NCBI GenBank assembly: GCA_038207335.1
Contig: JBBQZX010000012.1
Coordinates: 1-64,000, forward strand
Length of the DNA: 64,000 nucleotides
Reading direction: 5' to 3'
Source of the DNA: Chthoniobacterales bacterium
Lineage (GTDB): Bacteria > Verrucomicrobiota > Verrucomicrobiia > Chthoniobacterales > Chthoniobacteraceae
Within the stretch, counting starts at the first letter, position 1. The number at the start of each line of letters is the position of its first letter. Positions 57,462 through 64,000 of the stretch are shown one piece after another. The notes under the pieces were generated by a model. That model made no database searches. It saw only the letters and a list, made by a program, of their open reading frames with translations, and had not been told where the DNA came from. Position numbers and translations under genes: made by a program.

Positions 57462-60400
57462 ATGCATCCTCCGGTCGAACTCCCGCGCATTTTTTGCCGC
57501 TTCGGCATATTGCTGCCGATTCTCGCGGGAAGCATCGCAGCGCCCGTTCTCGGGGGCGTCACGCCAGACGGACGACTCGGCACGAGCGTCACGCAAAACG
57601 GCTTCGATTTCACGATCACCGCTGGCTCGCAGCACGGCGGAAACCTTTTCCACAGCTTCGATCGCTTCGACTTGAGCGCGGGAGAAAGCGCTACGTTTCA
57701 GGGCCTTTCAAGCGTGCAGAACATCCTCGCGCGCGTCACGGGCGGCAGCGCTTCGAGCATCGACGGCACGCTGCGCAGCGCCATCCCCGGCGCAAACCTC
57801 TACTTCATCAATTCCGCCGGCGTCATGTTCGGCCCGAACGCGCACCTCGACATCACGGGCTCCTTCACCGTCACCACCGCCGATTATGTAAAACTCGCCG
57901 ACGCCGCGCGCTTCGACGCACGACCCGGCACCAACGACCTCACGCTGACGAGCGCGCCGGTGAGCGCATTCGGATTCGTGAATCCGACGCCCGCCGCAAT
58001 CACCTTCACGGACACGCAAACGCTGCTCCCCGACGGTCAGAGTTTTTCCGCCATCGGCGGCGATCTCCTGCTCGATGGCGCAACAATCCGGGGCGCGGGT
58101 TCACGCGTGAATCTCGTGAGTGTCAGGAGCGCTGGCTTGGTCGTTCTCGCTCCTGCGAACCCGCTCAGCAGCGTGGACGTATCGACGTTCGGACAGATGG
58201 GAGAAGCTCGCCTCACCCGCTATGCGACGATCGATACCAGCGGCTCGGTGGGAGGAAAAGTGGTCATCCGCGGCGGCAAGCTCGTCCTCGACACGGGACG
58301 GATTCGCTCCGGCACTTCAAGCTCCAGCACGGGAGGAGCCATCGACATTCTTGCGAAAGAAAGCGTGCTCGTGACGGATTCGGCGCGGGCACCAGATGCC
58401 TCGTATTTTACCAGCGAAATCAGCACGTATTCGGACGGCACGGGCGCGGCGGGAGCGCTCGACGTGGAGGCACCGCTGATCACCATCTCGCGCGGAGGAA
58501 ACCTCAACAGCATCGCCCATGAAAGCGCGACGGCGACCGGCCGAGGCGGCGACATCGGGCTGCGGGCGCTAAAGCTCGAAATTTTGGACAACTTCAGCAT
58601 CGTCGGTGTGAATACGAGCGGGCCCGGAACCAGCGGCAACATTCGGGTAGACGCGAACGAGGTCTTGTTCCGAGGCAGCATCGTCAATGGCTACACCGGC
58701 CTTACCTCTTCTAGCACCATGCAGGGCTCTGGCGGCGGCAATGGCGGTCACATCAGCTTGTTTGCCACCGGCACGATCGCGGTGATCGAGGGTGCCCAGA
58801 TCGACTCCAGGACTTCCGGCTCCGGAGCTGGCGGCGCGATCTTTTTGCAGGCACCGCGGCTCGCGGTGGTTGACGGTTCATTTATCTCGGTCTCGACCGT
58901 TGGCACGGAGAACTCCCTGCCACTGCAAAACGCGGGAGCAAGCGGCAACATCACTCTCGACGTGAGCAGAAGCATCGAAATCGCCGGCGGCTCCGCGATC
59001 ATCTCCAGCACTCAAAATTCCGGGACCGGCGGAAACATCCTCGTGCTTGGAAACAGTGAGCTGAGCATCCACGCGCCGCAGCTCAACCAGTTCAGCGGCA
59101 TCTTCGCCAACTCGGTTCCCGGGCCGACGGGCTTCGATTCCGACACCATTTACGGGCGCGGCGGTTCGATCGAAATCCACGCGAGCAAGCTGCATCTGGA
59201 GGGTGCGACGAACATCTCTGTGTCCACGTTCACCACCGGCCACGGCGGTGATTTGCGCATCGACGCCGGCACCATTTTCGTCTCGGGAAAAGGAATACCC
59301 GCCGGCGATTTCGACACGGACTTCGCGCTCGGCATCGTCGCCGAGACCGAGGATTACGAGGGAGCGGCCGGCATGATCGTGGTGAATGCGAATGAAATCA
59401 CGGTCCGCGATGGCGGCGTCATTTCCTCGAGCACCAACGGCGACGGCAACGCGGGAGCGCTGAAGATTCGCGCCGGTTCACTTTTATTGGATGGATCGGG
59501 CAGCGACCGTTTTACCGGCATCTTCGCGGCGAGCGTCGGCGGGGAAGATGCGGGCCGCGGCGGTTGCATCACCGTCAATGCCGGCGATCTGCGCATTTTC
59601 AATGGCGCGGGCATCGCCAGTTCCACCGTCGGCGGCGGCGACGCTGGCGATGTTTTCATCACCGCCGACAATGCGGTAATCAGCCACGCCAGGCAGAGCC
59701 AACTCCTCGATTCGACGGGCACCCCGATCCTTTTCGCCGGCATCGCCGCAAACGTCGTAGGCGCGGAAACGATCGGGCGCGGAGGGAATATCGAAGCGCA
59801 TTTTGGCAGCCTCGAAATCTCCGACGGCGCCACGATCACCGCCAGTACTGCAGGGCGTGGCCGCGGCGGGTCGGTCCTCGTGGACGCGCCGCTTCTCCGC
59901 TTGAGCAGCGGGGCGTCCATCGAATCGAGCACGACCTCGAGCGGGAACGGCGGCATGGTAAAAGTGAGTGCCGGAACGGTTTTGATCGACGGAGGCCGCA
60001 TCACCGCGACGACGACGGCTCGAGGAGCTGCGGGCGCCGTCGAGGTCGTTGCGGATTCCGTGACCGTACGCGGCCCGACTTCGCTGATTTCTTCAGAGAG
60101 CCGCGGGACGAAAAATGGCGGGGCGGCAGGGGAGATTCATTTGGAAATCAGCGGAGCGCTGCGGCTGGAAGATGGGGCGCGGGTGAGTTCGACGACCTTC
60201 GGCTCGGGCGCGGGCGGGCGGGTGCGGATCAGCGCCGGAAGTGCGGATTTTACGGGTGGAAACTCGGGGGCCTTCACGGGCATCAGCGCGGAGACGTTGG
60301 CGGCGCGCGGAGGCGGCGCGGGAGGCGACATCGGCCTGCAAATTGGCGGCTTGCTGCATCTCGGAAAACTCGGGCAGATCAGCGCGGACACCTTTGGCGA

Positions 60401-61337
60401 TGCGGGCGGCGGCGGGATCGGGATCACGGCGGGGAGTGTGAAGATCGAGAGCGCGCCACGGCAGATCGCAGGCATTTTCGCCGAGGCTGGTCAGGGTGCG
60501 ACCGGGCACGGCGGGAACCTCTCCGTCTTCACGAACGACCTGACGATCGACGGCAGCGACGCGCTCATTTCCGCGACCTCGAAAGGCCGGGGTCGCAGCG
60601 GAAATGTCCGCATCGAGGCGGGCGATGTCCGGCTCTTCGACCACGCCCGGATCGCGAGCGGAAACCTCAGCGTGGGCGACGCAGGGAGCGTGACGGTGAG
60701 CGCGCGGAAATTGATCAGCCTACAGAATCATTCACTTGTCACGACCTCTGCAACGGTCGGCGATGCTGGCCTCATTTCGCTCGCCTCGGGCGACCGCATC
60801 GAGCTCCGCGAAAGCACGGTCTCGGCGTCCGCGGGTAGCAACGGCGGGAGCATTCGCCTCTCGAGCCCGAACCTCGTCGACCTCCGCGACAGCGAAATCT
60901 CCGCCACCGCAGGTGCCGTCGTGCGCACGCATCCGGGCGGCCTCGCCGGAGTTGCAGGCACAGGCGGAAACATCGAAATCGATCCCACATTCATCATCCT
61001 CGATCACTCCACGATCAGCGCGAACGCTGCCGCCGGACAGGGCGGAAATATCAGCCTCGTCTCCGATTTCTTATTTCAATCGGAAAGCTCGATCACCGCC
61101 ACCGGCACCACCGCCGGAACCGTGAGTATCGCCGCGCCGGAACTCGACCTGACCAATGGACTCAATGTGTTGACCGGCTCGCTGCTCGATGCGTCCGCGC
61201 AATTACGAGATCAATGCGCACGACGCCTCGGGATGGATTTCAGCAGCCTCCTGGTGCTCGGTCGCGGCGGAGTCTCCGCGAGCCCGAGCGAATCCCAGGT
61301 GGACATCTCGACGCGCAAAAAAGTGCGACGACGTTGA
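57462..61337 (+). CDS. TpsA / filamentous-hemagglutinin N-terminal domain exoprotein
   Basis: NLFHSF, NILARVTGG, SSIDG, NLYFIN and FGPNA secretion domain; many GxGGxIxI repeats; C-terminal C..SSL..GRGG. Confidence 0.92.
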   Translation: MHPPVELPRIFCRFGILLPILAGSIAAPVLGGVTPDGRLGTSVTQNGFDFTITAGSQHGGNLFHSFDRFDLSAGESATFQGLSSVQNILARVTGGSASSIDGTLRSAIPGANLYFINSAGVMFGPNAHLDITGSFTVTTADYVKLADAARFDARPGTNDLTLTSAPVSAFGFVNPTPAAITFTDTQTLLPDGQSFSAIGGDLLLDGATIRGAGSRVNLVSVRSAGLVVLAPANPLSSVDVSTFGQMGEARLTRYATIDTSGSVGGKVVIRGGKLVLDTGRIRSGTSSSSTGGAIDILAKESVLVTDSARAPDASYFTSEISTYSDGTGAAGALDVEAPLITISRGGNLNSIAHESATATGRGGDIGLRALKLEILDNFSIVGVNTSGPGTSGNIRVDANEVLFRGSIVNGYTGLTSSSTMQGSGGGNGGHISLFATGTIAVIEGAQIDSRTSGSGAGGAIFLQAPRLAVVDGSFISVSTVGTENSLPLQNAGASGNITLDVSRSIEIAGGSAIISSTQNSGTGGNILVLGNSELSIHAPQLNQFSGIFANSVPGPTGFDSDTIYGRGGSIEIHASKLHLEGATNISVSTFTTGHGGDLRIDAGTIFVSGKGIPAGDFDTDFALGIVAETEDYEGAAGMIVVNANEITVRDGGVISSSTNGDGNAGALKIRAGSLLLDGSGSDRFTGIFAASVGGEDAGRGGCITVNAGDLRIFNGAGIASSTVGGGDAGDVFITADNAVISHARQSQLLDSTGTPILFAGIAANVVGAETIGRGGNIEAHFGSLEISDGATITASTAGRGRGGSVLVDAPLLRLSSGASIESSTTSSGNGGMVKVSAGTVLIDGGRITATTTARGAAGAVEVVADSVTVRGPTSLISSESRGTKNGGAAGEIHLEISGALRLEDGARVSSTTFGSGAGGRVRISAGSADFTGGNSGAFTGISAETLAARGGGAGGDIGLQIGGLLHLGKLGQISADTFGDAGGGGIGITAGSVKIESAPRQIAGIFAEAGQGATGHGGNLSVFTNDLTIDGSDALISATSKGRGRSGNVRIEAGDVRLFDHARIASGNLSVGDAGSVTVSARKLISLQNHSLVTTSATVGDAGLISLASGDRIELRESTVSASAGSNGGSIRLSSPNLVDLRDSEISATAGAVVRTHPGGLAGVAGTGGNIEIDPTFIILDHSTISANAAAGQGGNISLVSDFLFQSESSITATGTTAGTVSIAAPELDLTNGLNVLTGSLLDASAQLRDQCARRLGMDFSSLLVLGRGGVSASPSESQVDISTRKKVRRR

Positions 61338-61406
61338 TCGTCCTCAGGGCGCGTCCTGCACGGTTAATGAAAGGAATCCTGCCGCGCTCGGTCTTGAGCG
61401 CGCGAC

Positions 61407-63821
61407 TCACAGCCAGTTGCCGATGATGAGGTAGGGAGCCCAGAGGCACGGGTGACTGAATCGTTCGTCACCGAGGAGGTTCACCTGCGCTTTTTGGAGT
61501 GCCTGTGCTTTGGAGAGCTGCGGCTGGTCCCGCAGCGTGGTGTAGAATTCGGTGACGAGGTTGGTGGAGGCTTGGTCGCTAACGTTCCAGAGCGTTGCGA
61601 ACGCCGCGCGCGCACCGGCTTTTACGGCGATCCCGGCTAGTCCCAGCGCGGCGCGATCGGAGCGGTCGTCGCCCGCCGCGGTCTGGCACGCACTGAGCGT
61701 GAGGAGTTCGACGGGATGATCGCGGAGCTGGCTTGGGCGGATGAGTTTTTCGAGTGCGTCGAGCGTGAAGTGGTCGTCGTAGGTGAGGACGAAGGTCTTG
61801 TTCACGTCGCCGCTGAACTCGCCGTGCGAGGCGATGTGGACGATCGAGTAGGAATGCTCGTCGAATTCCTTCGTCACATTGTCGGCGAGGAAAGCGCGGT
61901 TCATCATCGGCTTGGCTCGATAAAGTTCGCCCACCTGTTTTAGCTCGGAATCGACGAACGGCAGCGCCGGATAGCCTTGTACCGAGTCGGAAAGCCCGCT
62001 GGCCATGAGGGTGAGGTTCTCGCGGGCGATGGGGCGTGGCTCCATGAGCGTGAGGCCGGGCGTCACGGCTACGGCATATTTTTCGACGAGGAACTTCTGA
62101 CGATCGTGGAGTGCGGCCATCGGGATCGTCCGCAGCGCGCCGTCGGGTATGAAGACGAGCGTGTCGATTTTATGCTCCGCGAGCAGCGGGTCGAGCGGAC
62201 GGATGAGCCAGTCGTAGAGCTGCCACGCCCCGACGAGATATTCGTTGGTGGTTCGTTTTTCGAGTTGCTGACGGAACGTGCGCACCGTCTCGGTGAGTCG
62301 CTCAGCACCGACGGCGAGCTTCACGCGGTGCAGTCCGTCCGAGAGGCTCAGGATCGTCTCGGTGCGGTCGTGGAGCGGGATGAAGTAGATCACCGCCGTC
62401 GTGCGCGTGGCTGCCGCGAGCCTGGATCCTGCACCGTGTGGGTCGGCACCGGGCTTGGGTTGCAGGACGTCCTCGACCGACTCGCGCTTTTTCTTCAGCA
62501 GGCTCACACAGTCGTCCTGAAAGTAGTCTTCGAGTTCAACAGACTTCAGTTGCTCGCAGACATCGCGGGCTTGCATGAGGCACGCGGCGAGTTGTTTTTC
62601 GTCGCGGATGCCGTCGGCGAGCTGGAGCAAAAGATCCGCGAGGTCGAAATACACGCCACCCACTGCCTCGCGAAATGACGAGTGGGCGTTCACATTTCCC
62701 AACCGCGCGGAAAGGTCCGTGCGGATTTTTGCCAGCAAAACTGTCGCGCGCTTGCAGGCGTCGATCGCGTCGTCGCGCCGGCCTTGGGCTCGGAGGATGC
62801 GACCGCTCTGCCACTCCCATTGGTAGAGGATGTCCGGTGCTTGGATTTTCTGCGCGAGAAAAGTCGCGCGGCTCGTGAGCCGCAACGCGTCGTCCGATCT
62901 TTTTTCCTGCTCATAAAGATGGCCGCTGTAGCCCAGCGCATACGACAGGGCGCCGTCATCGCCGATCTCCTCCGCGGTTGCAGCGGCCGCGTGGTAAGCG
63001 TTCAGCGCGGCGGCGCGACGTTTTCTTTCGTGAGCGGGAGCGCGGTCGAAAATCTCCTCCCACGTCTTCCCGACGCGCAGAAACGTGAACGCTTTTTTAT
63101 GCGAGTCGGGGAGTGCTGACGCAGCCTTGATCGCCGCGTCGTTGAACTTTGAAGCGTGCTCGAAATCGCCGCTGGCCACGGCGGACTGCGCGAGGTTCGC
63201 GAGTGCTTTCGCTTGCAGCTCTTTTTCACCCGCGGCGTCCGCAAACGCGATCGCCTCGTGGTAGCTCGCGAGCGCGTCGGGAAATTTCTCCTGCGCGGCA
63301 AGCAGGTTGCCGAGGTTATTGAGCACGGAGGCAAGGAGCGCGGGTGCTTTCTCTTCACGCGCCAAAGCGAGTGCTTCGCGGAGCCATTGCTCAGCGGCTT
63401 CACCACTTCGCGAAAAGATGCTGATCGCACCGAGATTCGACAGCGAAGTCGCGAGGCGCTCGCGATCGTGCGCGTCTCGCGCGAGCTGGATCGCCTCTTG
63501 AAATGCATCGACCGCGAGGCGCTGCTGCCCGAGTGCGTGATAGCACCCGCCGAGGTAGCCGAGCGTGTCGATGAGATCAGCGGTCCGATTGCTGCGACGA
63601 TAGAACTCCGCCGCGTGCCTCCACTGATCGACCGCGGCCTCGAAAGAACCATTCTCGAACAGCCGAGCCCCCTCTTGCGTGGCCGTGTCTGCCCGCCTCT
63701 CGTCGGCTTCGTTTGCGAATGACACCGATGCCAGCGCTACGAGGATGAGCAAGCTACGGAGGCTACCCATGACCCGTAAAAACACGGGGTTTCGTGGCTG
63801 GACACTCACCGAGTTCATCAT
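61407..63821 (-). CDS. TPR + CHAT (caspase-like) domain protein
   Basis: TPR repeats (LNNLGNL), FIPDGALRTIPMAAL, catalytic HIASHG and LSACQTA, HPCLWAPY. Start uncertain (63863, 63821 or 63770). Confidence 0.92.
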   Translation of the reverse strand: MMNSVSVQPRNPVFLRVMGSLRSLLILVALASVSFANEADERRADTATQEGARLFENGSFEAAVDQWRHAAEFYRRSNRTADLIDTLGYLGGCYHALGQQRLAVDAFQEAIQLARDAHDRERLATSLSNLGAISIFSRSGEAAEQWLREALALAREEKAPALLASVLNNLGNLLAAQEKFPDALASYHEAIAFADAAGEKELQAKALANLAQSAVASGDFEHASKFNDAAIKAASALPDSHKKAFTFLRVGKTWEEIFDRAPAHERKRRAAALNAYHAAAATAEEIGDDGALSYALGYSGHLYEQEKRSDDALRLTSRATFLAQKIQAPDILYQWEWQSGRILRAQGRRDDAIDACKRATVLLAKIRTDLSARLGNVNAHSSFREAVGGVYFDLADLLLQLADGIRDEKQLAACLMQARDVCEQLKSVELEDYFQDDCVSLLKKKRESVEDVLQPKPGADPHGAGSRLAAATRTTAVIYFIPLHDRTETILSLSDGLHRVKLAVGAERLTETVRTFRQQLEKRTTNEYLVGAWQLYDWLIRPLDPLLAEHKIDTLVFIPDGALRTIPMAALHDRQKFLVEKYAVAVTPGLTLMEPRPIARENLTLMASGLSDSVQGYPALPFVDSELKQVGELYRAKPMMNRAFLADNVTKEFDEHSYSIVHIASHGEFSGDVNKTFVLTYDDHFTLDALEKLIRPSQLRDHPVELLTLSACQTAAGDDRSDRAALGLAGIAVKAGARAAFATLWNVSDQASTNLVTEFYTTLRDQPQLSKAQALQKAQVNLLGDERFSHPCLWAPYLIIGNWL

Positions 63822-63912
63822 GGGTTTTGTGTTCTCCAGAGTCGTGCGAGTTGCGATCGGCATCGGGAAGAGCGGAGCCACGGAGGCAGATCGAAAGGAA
63901 CAGCAGGGCACC

Positions 63913-64000
63913 TCAGAATGCCGCGATGCTGAGCGTGAAGTGCAGGCCGTAGTCCTGGATGTTTTTGCCGTCGCTAAAGGTGTTTTTGTGGTTGAACGCG
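63913..64000 (-). CDS. ShlB/FhaC/HecB (TpsB) transporter, 3' end only
   Basis: Manual translation AFNHKNTFSDGKNIQDYGLHFTLSIAAF*, with terminal Phe; paralogous to the 56924 fragment. Confidence 0.75.
   Translation of the reverse strand, partial: AFNHKNTFSDGKNIQDYGLHFTLSIAAF

Overview
GC-rich bacterial DNA, most consistent with Verrucomicrobiota (Chthoniobacter-like). This is inferred from the PEP-CTERM/autotransporter-repeat protein, the CotH/lamin-tail giant protein, the sulfatase cluster and heptamer micro-repeats. Layout from left to right: (1) 0-5 kb is a decayed toxin-antitoxin/stress island. It holds an in-frame PIN-RHH fusion, a RES protein, two broken nucleotidyltransferase paralogs, an SPFH fragment and parD with frameshifted parE. 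Three copies of an apparently unnamed 65-68 bp three-hairpin miniature element have inserted here, each at a TTC site. (2) 5-9.6 kb carries a HAD hydrolase, two receiver proteins and an ECF sigma/anti-sigma/PDZ operon. (3) 9.8-14.5 kb has two small helical WXG100-like genes plus a membrane FtsK/EssC-like ATPase, resembling a type VII secretion module. (4) 15.7-27.6 kb contains three sulfatases, rplI, dnaB, 2-oxoacid dehydrogenase E1a/E1b/E2, a pseudouridine synthase, an unannotated 58-aa basic ORF and a NYN nuclease. (5) 27.7-42.8 kb encodes giant surface proteins, a XylR-type regulator and a cupin-like protein. (6) 42.9-56.5 kb is a tightly coupled four-gene operon of unusual membrane-anchored fusion enzymes: diheme cytochrome c with a 4-TM insert, GMC oxidoreductase fused to a patatin/cPLA2-type lipase, DUF4331-3TM-catalase-like fusion, and a lipoprotein S8 peptidase. 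This operon is the best candidate for an undescribed system. (7) 56.9-64 kb is a two-partner-secretion/CHAT protease locus with a leftover FhaC fragment. No rRNA, tRNA, CRISPR array or transposase was recognised. All family assignments are by eye from motifs; no searches were run.
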